A DNA stretch of 36,204 nt from a bacterium (GTDB lineage: Bacteria > SZUA-182 > DTGQ01), in NCBI GenBank assembly GCA_040752695.1, contig JBFMGO010000055.1, positions 1 to 36,204 on the forward strand. Reading direction: 5' to 3'. The notes below the pieces were generated by a model that saw nothing but the letters and a program-made list of their open reading frames with translations, had not been told where the DNA came from and searched no databases. Positions within the stretch are counted from its first letter, which is position 1, and every line of letters starts with the position of its first letter. Made by a program: the position numbers and the translations under genes. Below, piece after piece: positions 1-8,966 of this stretch.

Positions 1-16
1 GACGAATACGAAGGAG

Positions 17-889
17 TTGAACAAGGCGGAAAGGGTGATGGAAGTCTTGAAGGAGGGGAAGGGGAGGAAAGTGTGTAATACGAAGAACCCCTGCTTGCGT
101 CCCCTGCACGACCCTCATGAAGGTGCACTCAGAGTGGTCGGCCTGATGTCCGGGAAAGGCTCCAACCTGCAAAAAATTCTCGAATGGGGTGAAACATTAA
201 GGAAGAAAAGGGGCAGGGCCGTATATCAGCTCGTGGCTATTTTCAGCGATACCTTTGACAGCAGCGCCTGCGAAATCGGAAAAAACTTTGATATTCCCGT
301 AGTAAGCCGGGATGTTAAGGGATTTTACGCCTACAGGGGGAAACCTCGAAGCGATTTGAAGGTGCGGGAGGAATTCGACCGCCAGACAGTCAATGCGCTG
401 TCGCCTTTCGAGGCCAGGGTGGCTGTCTATGCCGGGTACATGAGTATTGCCACGCAGCCCCTCGTGGAAGCTTTCCTCGGCGTGAATGTCCATCCAGCAG
501 ACTTGTCAATCGAAGTTGAAGGAAAAAGGAAATATACAGGCAGCCATGCAGTGAGGGATGCGATCGCTGCCGGTGAAACCTCTCTTTGCTCGACCACCCA
601 TATGGTCGAATCCATCGTTGATGAAGGCCGGATTCTCATGATCTCTTCTCCCTTGCCGATCGCTCCGGAATGGTCCCTGAAAGGGCCTCAATCGGGCCGC
701 ACCATAGCGGCAGTGGCCCAGGACTGCCAGGAGCGGCTGAAAATGGCCGGTGACTGGATCATCTTTCCCAGGACCTTGCAGTACATAGCCGAGGGAAGAT
801 ATGCTCTGGACGAGGATGGCAACCTGTTCTTTGACGGCCAAAAGATCCCTCACGGGCTCAGGCTTGATCCTGCCTCTCTATCCGATTGA
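17..889 (+). CDS. Formyltransferase, PurN/GAR transformylase-like (atypical NVHPADL subtype)
   Basis: LRVVGLMSGKGSNL phosphate-binding loop, YAGYM, catalytic N-x-H (NVHP), THMV...VDEGRI with Asp; true start uncertain (17, 38 or later). Confidence 0.8.
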   Translation: MNKAERVMEVLKEGKGRKVCNTKNPCLRPLHDPHEGALRVVGLMSGKGSNLQKILEWGETLRKKRGRAVYQLVAIFSDTFDSSACEIGKNFDIPVVSRDVKGFYAYRGKPRSDLKVREEFDRQTVNALSPFEARVAVYAGYMSIATQPLVEAFLGVNVHPADLSIEVEGKRKYTGSHAVRDAIAAGETSLCSTTHMVESIVDEGRILMISSPLPIAPEWSLKGPQSGRTIAAVAQDCQERLKMAGDWIIFPRTLQYIAEGRYALDEDGNLFFDGQKIPHGLRLDPASLSD

Positions 890-994
890 CTCCCTTTTAT
901 AAGCATATGCCTGCCGGCCGAACTGCCGATCTAAAGAAAGATAGGTAATGCATGTTTGGTTTTGAAAATTCAAGGAAAGGGAAAGGTTCGGGCG

Positions 995-2338
995 ATGGAG
1001 CGCAAAAAAAGGACTGCCTTCAGCCTTATTATTCTGGTTACTCTGGTAGCCGGCATATTCTCGACGCATGGCAGCAGTATGGCCTGGTGGAGCGGGCCTG
1101 GGACAGCCAATACCCACCACAGACTGGGCGAGGGGGCTGTAGCTGGCATCCCGCAGGATGAGTATCCTGATATTACGACCAGTTTCGGTGAGGATATTAT
1201 CGGCTGGTCTTCCAACGTAACGGATGATCAGAGGGCGCATGCCAATCAGGGAGGGAGAATGGATGGTCCTGTTGAATACTGGTGGAAGCTTGCTCTTTCG
1301 CAATACGGAGTATTTCAATTTGCCGGCAGTGGAGATCCGTTATCCTCGCCAAAGCCGGGGGCCTATTATTACCTTGCCCTGATCGTTCATCTCACCGAGG
1401 ACATGGGAGTTCCGGCCCATGCTTATAATATTCCTCATAGTGCGAGCACTGAAGGTGCCGATAACATGGAGCAGTTGGCCAATTTCAGTTATCGTGAGGC
1501 TGCTCCTGTAATTACGGTACAAGATACCGGGAAAGATCCTCTTTTGAGCTATCGGCTGTCGAGAGAGCGCACTTTGTCTGCAACCGGTGCCTCCTCCTGG
1601 CGGATATATTATAACAATGACGGCACCTGTGGTATGCGCTATGGACTTGCGGAAGGCCATTACGGGGAGTTTTGCGGTGCTGAGGATATTTTCCCCCTAA
1701 GCTGGGAGGATACCACTCCCACCGAACGCGAGGTGATCTCTTCACTCCTTGGTGCTTCGGGTGGGTATGCCGGCGGAGTATTAACGGCGGCATCCAGATC
1801 CCTGCCACCCCTGGTCAGGGATCTGACTATTGGAACCGGCTCTGCTCCTGTGATTGATCCTGATAGAGGCACCACCATCAGTTTTACTATCCTGGAAAAC
1901 CGCTCGCAGGTCGTGTACGTCACGATCATGGCTCTTGGCGAAGATGGGGGAGGTGAATATATTATCACGACCCGGAATCAACCGGATGATCAGGCCGGCC
2001 CCACTTATCCGGACCAGGCCGGGCTCACTCATCATGACCAGGCTGGGCCTGTTCATCCTGACCGGGCCGAGCTCGCCCCCTGGGATAATAAAGAGGTGGT
2101 CTTATCCAGAACCGGGAGCCCGGGAAATCGGCAACTGCCATGGGAAAAGCGGATTATCTTGACAGGCTGGAAGGGCACCTCGGTCCAGGGACAGTTGACG
2201 GAAGGGCTCTATACCCTGAAGATACTGGTAGAAGATCAGGACGATAATGAGGTCAATGAGGTGTATCCTGAGATAAATGCCGATTCCACGCCAGGAAACG
2301 ATACTCAAGCCCAGTTCCGTATCGGCCGCAACGATTGA
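995..2338 (+). CDS. Secreted Zn-dependent phospholipase C / S1-P1 fold protein with C-terminal Ig-like (FlgD-like) domain
   Basis: Signal peptide MERKKR...SMA, mature N-terminal W..H (WWSGPGTANTHH), YLALIVHLTEDMGVPAH (HxxxD..PxH), downstream DNME; C-terminal WKGT...GLYTLKILVED. Confidence 0.6.
   Translation: MERKKRTAFSLIILVTLVAGIFSTHGSSMAWWSGPGTANTHHRLGEGAVAGIPQDEYPDITTSFGEDIIGWSSNVTDDQRAHANQGGRMDGPVEYWWKLALSQYGVFQFAGSGDPLSSPKPGAYYYLALIVHLTEDMGVPAHAYNIPHSASTEGADNMEQLANFSYREAAPVITVQDTGKDPLLSYRLSRERTLSATGASSWRIYYNNDGTCGMRYGLAEGHYGEFCGAEDIFPLSWEDTTPTEREVISSLLGASGGYAGGVLTAASRSLPPLVRDLTIGTGSAPVIDPDRGTTISFTILENRSQVVYVTIMALGEDGGGEYIITTRNQPDDQAGPTYPDQAGLTHHDQAGPVHPDRAELAPWDNKEVVLSRTGSPGNRQLPWEKRIILTGWKGTSVQGQLTEGLYTLKILVEDQDDNEVNEVYPEINADSTPGNDTQAQFRIGRND
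1988..2083 (+). repeat. 4 x 24-bp in-frame tandem repeat (DQAGPTYP/DQAGLTHH/DQAGPVHP/DRAELAPW)
   Basis: Units start at 1988, 2012, 2036, 2060 with GAYCRGGCYG. Confidence 0.9.
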
Positions 2339-2383
2339 TGATGTCCTTATGACAATCCTGGCAGTCACCGGTGATCCTCTCCC

Positions 2384-2435
2384 CACCTAAACTCCCTATC
2401 TAAACTCTCCACCTATACTCATCACCTTTATTTTT
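2384..2435. repeat. Degenerate 13-bp intergenic tandem repeat
   Basis: cacctaaactccc / tatctaaactctc / cacctatactcat / cacctttattttt. Confidence 0.55.
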
Positions 2436-2513
2436 CTTACATCATCTTGTCTCATCGACGAACAACTTTATTTGAAAAATCCCCAATAACGCAGAATAAT
2501 TCAGTATACTGTA

Positions 2514-2542
2514 TTGCCTTTTACAACCTTGCACGGTATATT
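2514..2542 (+). promoter_or_regulatory. Putative sigma70 promoter
   Basis: TTGCCT-17 nt-TATATT upstream of the lipoprotein pair. Confidence 0.45.
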
Positions 2543-2842
2543 CATAATAATATGGTCTTTCGCTTCACCCTTTCCCCAAATTATAGATAGAAGGAGAGGA
2601 GTCAGCATTTTCACTTAATTCATTGGAGGTCAGAGTATGCGTAAAAAGGGTTTACCCTTAGATAAAGATGCAAGGGTTAAACCTAAAGCCGAAATGAACA
2701 TGTGATTATATTAAAAAAACAGTTGCTTTTCACAAGAATGCAGGAATGAGCTTTTTGCGACGGGGATGTTCTGGATGTTCGCTGTGAACTCAGGCCGAAT
2801 ATGGACATGGTGATGGATAAGATGGAGGCTTAGCAGGTTAAA

Positions 2843-3271
2843 ATGAAAAAGAATCTTTCAAGGATGCTTCTCATAATGGCATTTGTTCTCTTAGCTGGAT
2901 GCGGTGCACCGCGTACCTTTGTTAAAACGATGGAACCGAGTTGGGCGAGTATTGAAATAAGGACCGATGTCGCTTATGATGCAGCATGGGAAAGCGTTGT
3001 TGACACGCTCGTGAAAAGATTTGATCTGGAAATTCTTTCAAAAACCGATGGTTACGCAAGAACCAATTGGTTATATACATGGACTGGCAAGGTTATGGAA
3101 AACTATCGGGTGCGAGTTACCGCAAAATTTGCGCCAGATCACAAAAAAGTCGAGATTAAGTCTGAAGCTGAATATGGTGGGCCAGGGGACTGGGTAGCAG
3201 GATATGATTCACGTCTCCTATCGACTATTAAAAGTGACATTATGGGAACGATTGGCCGGACCACCAGATGA
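2843..3271 (+). CDS. Hypothetical lipoprotein (paralog 1), possibly BamC-like helix-grip fold
   Basis: Lipobox LAGC; YDAAWESVVDTL...GYARTNW; C-terminus DIMGTIGRTTR. Confidence 0.8.
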   Translation: MKKNLSRMLLIMAFVLLAGCGAPRTFVKTMEPSWASIEIRTDVAYDAAWESVVDTLVKRFDLEILSKTDGYARTNWLYTWTGKVMENYRVRVTAKFAPDHKKVEIKSEAEYGGPGDWVAGYDSRLLSTIKSDIMGTIGRTTR

Positions 3272-3281
3272 GGTTGATCTT

Positions 3282-3713
3282 ATGAAATACTCTTCGATAT
3301 TCATAGCCTTCGCAGTGTGCTCCATTCTTGCTGGATGTGCTGCACGCACACCAAATTCGTTTAATCAAACCCTTGCACCCGGTTGGGCATCCATAGAAGT
3401 TCGAGATGATGTCGATTATGATCATGCCTGGGATATGGTCATAGGTATTCTCGTAAGAGATTTTGACCTTGCTTTTGTCCTGAAAGATAGCGGCTATATT
3501 GCAACTGACTGGTTATATAGCTGGTCAGGAGTGTATCAGTCGAACTACAAGGTGAGGATAAAAGTCAAGTTTTCAGATGGCAGGAAAAAAGTTGAAGTTA
3601 AATCTGAAGCTCTTGTGCTGGCGGGTGACACATGGATTCTGGGTACTGATACTCGACTGGTATCAACGATCAAGACGGATATTATGGGAACGATAGGAAG
3701 GACGACCAGATAG
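3282..3713 (+). CDS. Hypothetical lipoprotein (paralog 2)
   Basis: RBS GAGGT before ATG 3282 (MKYSS), lipobox LAGC, colinear with paralog 1, identical C-terminal DIMGTIGRTTR. Confidence 0.8.
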   Translation: MKYSSIFIAFAVCSILAGCAARTPNSFNQTLAPGWASIEVRDDVDYDHAWDMVIGILVRDFDLAFVLKDSGYIATDWLYSWSGVYQSNYKVRIKVKFSDGRKKVEVKSEALVLAGDTWILGTDTRLVSTIKTDIMGTIGRTTR

Positions 3714-3774
3714 AAATAGACCATACCGCTCCAAGACTTCAAATCTTCAAAGAGGACTTGTCACATCAGTCGTT

Positions 3775-3819
3775 GAAGCCGGCCCTGGGTTCCGTTGACG
3801 GTTTATCCAGGCCGGCTTC
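3775..3819. terminator. GC-rich hairpin between convergent genes
   Basis: gaagccggcc(c)tgg ... ccaggccggcttc inverted repeat; no clear U-tract. Confidence 0.5.
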
Positions 3820-3924
3820 CTTCAAACGTCAAGCTTGAAAGGAAAGAAACGATTCGATAATGCTCATGCCTGGATAAGGGGGGGGGTATCCTTAAGGCAC
3901 TTCACTGACCCTCGTGCTCTTTGC

Positions 3925-4857
3925 TTACCTCTGGTAGTCGTAGCGGATTCTGGGGTCGATGATGGTGTAGGCTAGATCCGTAAGGAGGTTCACCAGGACA
4001 TAGCTTATGGCAACCGAAAGAACGCACCCTTGAATCAGGGGATAATCCCGCGTATAAATGGCCTGAATAGTCAGCCTTCCAAGCCCGGGCCAGGCAAAAA
4101 TCATCTCGGTAATAATCGATCCGGTCAAAAGAGCCCCGATTTGCAGCCCGACTATGGTGATGACAGGAATGAGGGCGTTTTTCAGGGCATGCTTCAGAAT
4201 GACCCTCCGGTAAGACAGCCCCTTGGCCCTGGCTGTGGTCATGTAGTCCTCTTCGAGAACATCCATGAGACCTGAGCGGACCATCCGCGTCAGAATAGCC
4301 GACATGGACGTGCCAAGAGTGATGGCGGGCAGGATAAGATGCAGTATTCCCCCCCTGCCCGAGATCGGCAGAAGCCCCAGCTTGAGAGAAAAAAGAATAA
4401 TGAGCAAAGGGCCAAGCCAGAAATTAGGCATGGAGATGCCGAGCAGCGAAAGAATCAAAGATCCGTGATCGACGAGGGAATGATGTTTCAGTGCGGAAAT
4501 GATGCCCAGGGGGAGGGAAATGAAAAGTGCGGTCAGGACCGCTGCCAGCATCAGCTCCAGAGTCGCAGGATACTTTTGCATGATGAGAGAGAGAACCGGC
4601 TGCCGTGAATGAAGGGATCTTCCAAGGTTCCCCCTGCTGAGGTTTATCAAAAAGTCAACATATTGCCGTGAAATCGGCTTATCGAGCCCAAGCTCCCGTC
4701 GAAGTGCCTGCTTATCCATAGCCTGAGCGGTTTCCCCAAGCATGATATCCACCGGGTCTCCGGGAATAAGATGAATGAGAAAAAAAACCAGCGTGATTAC
4801 CCCCAGCATGATGGGAAAGAGCCAGAGGAGTCTTTTCGCTATGTAATTGATGAGCAT
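3925..4857 (-). CDS. Peptide/nickel ABC transporter permease (DppB/OppB/NikB family)
   Basis: IPGDPVDIMLG, LGLDKP, EAA-like EDYMTTARAKGL, RDYPLIQG, DPRIRY. Confidence 0.95.
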   Translation of the reverse strand: MLINYIAKRLLWLFPIMLGVITLVFFLIHLIPGDPVDIMLGETAQAMDKQALRRELGLDKPISRQYVDFLINLSRGNLGRSLHSRQPVLSLIMQKYPATLELMLAAVLTALFISLPLGIISALKHHSLVDHGSLILSLLGISMPNFWLGPLLIILFSLKLGLLPISGRGGILHLILPAITLGTSMSAILTRMVRSGLMDVLEEDYMTTARAKGLSYRRVILKHALKNALIPVITIVGLQIGALLTGSIITEMIFAWPGLGRLTIQAIYTRDYPLIQGCVLSVAISYVLVNLLTDLAYTIIDPRIRYDYQR

Positions 4858-4893
4858 AGGCTAAACGTTCTATGGAGTTACTGAAATTATATC

Positions 4894-4921
4894 TTGACTT
4901 GGGATGATATCCTATTATAAT
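4894..4921 (+). promoter_or_regulatory. Putative sigma70 promoter for hypCDE
   Basis: TTGACT-16 nt-TATAAT. Confidence 0.6.
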
Positions 4922-4989
4922 CTAAAGAGAAATGCAAGTTATAATCTATCTTTATTCAGTGGCTTTAAAATGACAGGAGAAAAACACAC

Positions 4990-5244
4990 ATGTGCATCGC
5001 GGTCCCATGTCAGGTTGTGGAGATTCATGGCTCTTTGGCTATTGTCGAAGTAGGCGGCATTCGCAGGGAGGCATGGCTGGACCTCCTGGGCGGAGTCAAG
5101 ATCGGAGATTATGTAATCGTTCACGCAGGCTATGCGCTTGAAAAACTCGATGCCAGGGAGGCAGAGGAAACCTTGCACCTCCTCAGGGAGATGGCAGATG
5201 AAGTACCTGATAAAGTACCTTCCGAGGGAGATGGCGAAAGATGA
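4990..5244 (+). CDS. hypC: [NiFe]-hydrogenase maturation chaperone HypC
   Basis: MCIAVP N-terminus, GDYVIVHAGYA; RBS AGGAG. Confidence 0.97.
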   Translation: MCIAVPCQVVEIHGSLAIVEVGGIRREAWLDLLGGVKIGDYVIVHAGYALEKLDAREAEETLHLLREMADEVPDKVPSEGDGER

Positions 5245-6326
5245 AGTACCTTGACGAATTCCGCGACGCTGCCATTGCCCGGCAGCTTATCGAACGAATC
5301 CGGCACTTGAGCGCTGACAGAAAGGTGCGGTTCATGGAAGTGTGCGGCAGCCATACCGTAGCCATTTATAAGGCTGGTATTAAAGGATTTTTCCCTGACA
5401 TCGATCTTATTTCAGGCCCGGGGTGTCCGGTCTGTGTCACCAGTACCAGGGATATCGACCGCATTATCCGTCTTACAGGGATGCCGGATACGGTCGTGAC
5501 TACCTTCGGCGATATGATTCGCGTTCCAGGCTCATGTTCCAGCCTGCAAAAGGAGATTTCACAAGGAGCGGATGTCAGGATCGTTTACTCCCCCGCTGAT
5601 GCCCTGGCCGTTGCCCGGGAGAACCCCAAAAAAAGAGTGGTGTTCCTGGCTGTCGGCTTTGAAACGACCGCACCGACCATTGCGGCCGCGGTTTTGCAGG
5701 CCCAAAAGGAAGGACAGGAGAATTTCTCCATCCTGTCGCATCATAAGGTAATCCCGCCGGCCATGCGAGCACTCCTTGAAGGAGAGGAAGTCAGGATCGA
5801 CGGATTTATCTGCCCTGGGCACGTGAGTATCGTTATCGGAGCAAAACCCTATGAATTTATTGCCAGTGAGTATCACCTGCCCGCGGTTATAACCGGATTC
5901 GAACCCGTGGATATTCTTCAGGCCCTCCATATGCTGATGATGCAGATCAAAGGAAACCGCCCGGCTGTGGAAATTCAGTATTCACGGGTGGTGAAACCTG
6001 AGGGGAACCCCCTGGCTGTGCAAAAAATGGAGGAGGTCTTCGAGCCCAGCGATGCCGACTGGCGCGGCCTGGGTGTCATTCCAAAGAGCGGTCTGGCAGT
6101 GCGTAAACAATTCGAGCGATTCGATGCCATGCGCCAGTTCGATCTGTCCGTTGAGGAAAAACCCGACCCTCCCGGCTGTCAATGCGGTCTTATCCTGAAA
6201 GGATTGAAAAAACCAACAGAGTGCCCCCTGTTTGGCCGAAGCTGTAATCCCCACAACCCTGTAGGCCCCTGCATGGTTTCTGCGGAAGGAAGCTGTGCAG
6301 CAGCCTATAAATATGGCAGAGGTTAA
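5241..6326 (+). CDS. hypD: Hydrogenase maturation protein HypD
   Basis: MEVCGSHT, GPGCPVCV, GFETT, CPGHVS, C-terminal Fe-S Cys, GPCMVSAEGSCAA. Confidence 0.98.
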   Translation: MKYLDEFRDAAIARQLIERIRHLSADRKVRFMEVCGSHTVAIYKAGIKGFFPDIDLISGPGCPVCVTSTRDIDRIIRLTGMPDTVVTTFGDMIRVPGSCSSLQKEISQGADVRIVYSPADALAVARENPKKRVVFLAVGFETTAPTIAAAVLQAQKEGQENFSILSHHKVIPPAMRALLEGEEVRIDGFICPGHVSIVIGAKPYEFIASEYHLPAVITGFEPVDILQALHMLMMQIKGNRPAVEIQYSRVVKPEGNPLAVQKMEEVFEPSDADWRGLGVIPKSGLAVRKQFERFDAMRQFDLSVEEKPDPPGCQCGLILKGLKKPTECPLFGRSCNPHNPVGPCMVSAEGSCAAAYKYGRG

Positions 6327-6343
6327 AAGGAGCAAAAAGAGCG

Positions 6344-7360
6344 ATGGAAGAAAAAAGAATTTTGCTATCTCATGGAAGCGGCGGGCTCATGACCCGCGAG
6401 TTGATCGAGCAGCACCTGCTCAGGCAGTTCGAGAATCCGATGTTGAGCCTCCTGAACGATCAGGCTGTTTTTCCGTCGCCATCTTCCCGGCTGGCCTTTA
6501 CCACGGATTCCTACGTCATCGATCCGATATTTTTCCCCGGAGGAGATATCGGCAGGCTGGCGGTCTGTGGGACCGTAAACGACCTGGCCATGTCAGGGGC
6601 TGTACCTCTGTACCTGAGTTGCTCTTTGATCATTGAAGAGGGGTTTTGTTTCAGCGACCTCGAGAAGATCATTATCTCCATGAAAGATGCCTGTCTGGAG
6701 GCAGGGGTAAAGATCGTCACCGGTGATACTAAGGTGGTGAACCGTGGCGGCCTGGACAAGATTTTTATCAACACCGCAGGAGTCGGTTCCCTTCAGGATG
6801 GGCTTCATATCAGCGGGCATCATGCGCAGGCGGGAGACAAGATCATAGTGAGCGGCTTTTTGGGAGATCATGAGATCGCCATCCTTTCGAAAAGAAAGAA
6901 CCTGGGATTTATTACCCATGTAGTGAGTGATTCAGCGCCTTTGAATCTGGTGGTCGCACCGCTCATCCAGCATGGGCTTGGCCAGTATCTTCACGCCATG
7001 CGCGATCCGACCAGGGGCGGGCTGGCCACGATCCTGAATGAAATTGCAGGGCAGTCACAGATCGGCGTCGTGATCGAGGAAGATCTCGTTCCCATCCGGG
7101 ATGAAGTGAAGGGAGCCTGCGAAATCATGGGGTTTGATCCTCTCTATCTGGCCAATGAGGGCAAACTGGTAGCTTTTGTGGACAGGGAAAAAGCGGACGA
7201 GATACTCTCGGTGATAAAAAAGACCAGATATGGCCAGGAGGCCAGAGTGATCGGAGAAGCGGTAGCCGAACCTAAAGGCGTGGTTCACCTGCGCACAGCC
7301 ATCGGAGGAACCAGGATACTGGACGTGCTGTCTACAGAGCAGCTTCCCCGCATCTGTTAG
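6344..7360 (+). CDS. hypE: Hydrogenase maturation protein HypE
   Basis: HGSGG, TTDSYV, GTVNDLAM, GDTKVV, RDPTRGG, C-terminal PRIC. Confidence 0.98.
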   Translation: MEEKRILLSHGSGGLMTRELIEQHLLRQFENPMLSLLNDQAVFPSPSSRLAFTTDSYVIDPIFFPGGDIGRLAVCGTVNDLAMSGAVPLYLSCSLIIEEGFCFSDLEKIIISMKDACLEAGVKIVTGDTKVVNRGGLDKIFINTAGVGSLQDGLHISGHHAQAGDKIIVSGFLGDHEIAILSKRKNLGFITHVVSDSAPLNLVVAPLIQHGLGQYLHAMRDPTRGGLATILNEIAGQSQIGVVIEEDLVPIRDEVKGACEIMGFDPLYLANEGKLVAFVDREKADEILSVIKKTRYGQEARVIGEAVAEPKGVVHLRTAIGGTRILDVLSTEQLPRIC

Positions 7361-7480
7361 GCGATCGGCCACCCTGCCGCCCCCCTTGGCAACTCTCTGG
7401 CGCAGATTTCCCGTATCTGTTGACGATCGGCCATATGAAATGAAAAAAAAATATGGTACAATGATAGGTGTACATGATGT

Positions 7481-8833
7481 TTGTACGAGGAGAAAAAGAG
7501 TAATACCTTGAAAGCGTATGTAAAGACATTCGGCTGCCAGATGAATGAACACGAATCCGAGAGAATGCGCGGTCTTCTCCTTGGAGTGGGATACGCCTTG
7601 GCTCCCGATGAGGAAGATGCCGATTTTATCTTGATCAATACGTGCAGTATTCGGGAGAAGGCTGAACAAAAAGCCTTTAGTTATCTGGGGCGGCTGAAAT
7701 TGCGTAAAGATAAAAGGCCGGACCTTAAAATCGGTGTCTGCGGCTGTATCGCCCAAAGGGAGGGCAGGCGTATTATCCGCCGTGCACCCCATGTGGACGT
7801 GATATTTGGCACCAAAAACGTCCACCGGCTTCCGCGGCTCATCGAGAGGATGGAGAAGACACACGACCGGGTGATCGAGATCTGCGATGACGACAGTGTC
7901 AGGTGGCAGCAATTTGACTGCGAGATCAAGCGCGACAGCAGGGTTAGTGCCTGGGTCACCATCATGCAGGGATGCGATAATTACTGCACCTATTGCGTAG
8001 TGCCATATGTCCGGGGCAGGGAATGGAGCAGGCCCAAGGACGAAATCCTTGCGGAAATCAGCGAACTGGCTGCCCTTGGCTATAAGGAAATAACCCTTTT
8101 GGGTCATAATGTCAATTCCTATGGCCGGGGATTAAGCCAGGATTGTGATTTTCCCGGACTCATTCGTTCCATCGACAAGATAGGGGGAATTGAGAGAATC
8201 CGGTTTACCACTTCTCATCCGAAGGATTTTTCCGAAAAGCTGGTGGAGGCCATAGCGGATTGTCCAAAGGTATGTGAACATATTCATTTGCCTTTCCAGT
8301 CCGGGTCGGATAAAATTTTAATGAGCATGAATCGAAAATATACAACGGCAGAATATCTGAATAAGGTGAAAATGCTGCGTGACAGGGTCCCTGAGGCAGC
8401 TATTACCAGTGATGTGATTGTGGGCTTTCCCGGAGAGGACGAAGAAGATTTTCAAAAGACTTTGCACCTGATCGAGTCGGTTCAGTTTGAAGGCCTGTTC
8501 ACCTTTCTTTACTCAACACGGCCTCAGGCTGCGGCTGGAAACTTTGCCCGACAAATACCGAATAGTATAAAGCAAAAACGGTTCGAGATTCTGCTGGAAA
8601 TTCAAAACAGAATCAGTTCCGAAAGGAACATGGCGCTTTTGGGGACACAACAGGAGATATTGGTTGAAGATGCGGAGGAAAACGAAAAATCGTTCCGGCC
8701 CCTGTGCAGAGGCAGGACGCGATTAAACAAGATCGTGGAGTTTACCGGCTCTTCAGATCTGATCGGGAAATTGGAGAGAGTCACCATTAGCAGGGCGAAC
8801 AGATTTAATCTGGAAGGAGTAATCGTTCCATAG
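7481..8833 (+). CDS. miaB: tRNA-2-methylthio-N6-dimethylallyladenosine synthase MiaB
   Basis: TFGCQMN, NTCSIREKAE, radical SAM GCDNYCTYC, FTTSHP, C-terminal TRAM domain. Confidence 0.95.
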   Translation: MYEEKKSNTLKAYVKTFGCQMNEHESERMRGLLLGVGYALAPDEEDADFILINTCSIREKAEQKAFSYLGRLKLRKDKRPDLKIGVCGCIAQREGRRIIRRAPHVDVIFGTKNVHRLPRLIERMEKTHDRVIEICDDDSVRWQQFDCEIKRDSRVSAWVTIMQGCDNYCTYCVVPYVRGREWSRPKDEILAEISELAALGYKEITLLGHNVNSYGRGLSQDCDFPGLIRSIDKIGGIERIRFTTSHPKDFSEKLVEAIADCPKVCEHIHLPFQSGSDKILMSMNRKYTTAEYLNKVKMLRDRVPEAAITSDVIVGFPGEDEEDFQKTLHLIESVQFEGLFTFLYSTRPQAAAGNFARQIPNSIKQKRFEILLEIQNRISSERNMALLGTQQEILVEDAEENEKSFRPLCRGRTRLNKIVEFTGSSDLIGKLERVTISRANRFNLEGVIVP

Positions 8834-8847
8834 GACCTATAAAGGGC

Positions 8848-8877
8848 TTGATTTATTTTCGTCCGGAATGCTAACAT
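8848..8877 (+). promoter_or_regulatory. Putative sigma70 promoter with extended -10
   Basis: TTGATT-18 nt-TAACAT preceded by TG. Confidence 0.35.
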
Positions 8878-8966
8878 ATATTATTATCAATGAGAAAAAA
8901 AGGAAATTTGAAATAAGTAATTACTACTTATACTTTATAAGTATATGAGAAGAGGAGGTCGATGGA

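Noticed and set aside
2637..2705. 22-aa ORF MRKKGLPLDKDARVKPKAEMNM with GGAGGT RBS
   Set aside because: Too short, with no recognisable motif; TGA read-through hits TAA two codons later, so selenocysteine is not supported.
3204..3281. Longer start for the second lipoprotein
   Set aside because: It overlaps paralog 1; ATG 3282 has an RBS and a proper signal peptide.
7055..8107. 350-aa antisense ORF and similar long shadow ORFs (21165-21863, 24911-25534, 31163-31858)
   Set aside because: They lie antisense to well-supported genes and carry no motifs.
7481..8833. Radical SAM enzyme as a possible maturase for the Cys-rich protein
   Set aside because: It is a canonical MiaB with UPF0004 and TRAM domains, 24 kb away in a housekeeping context.
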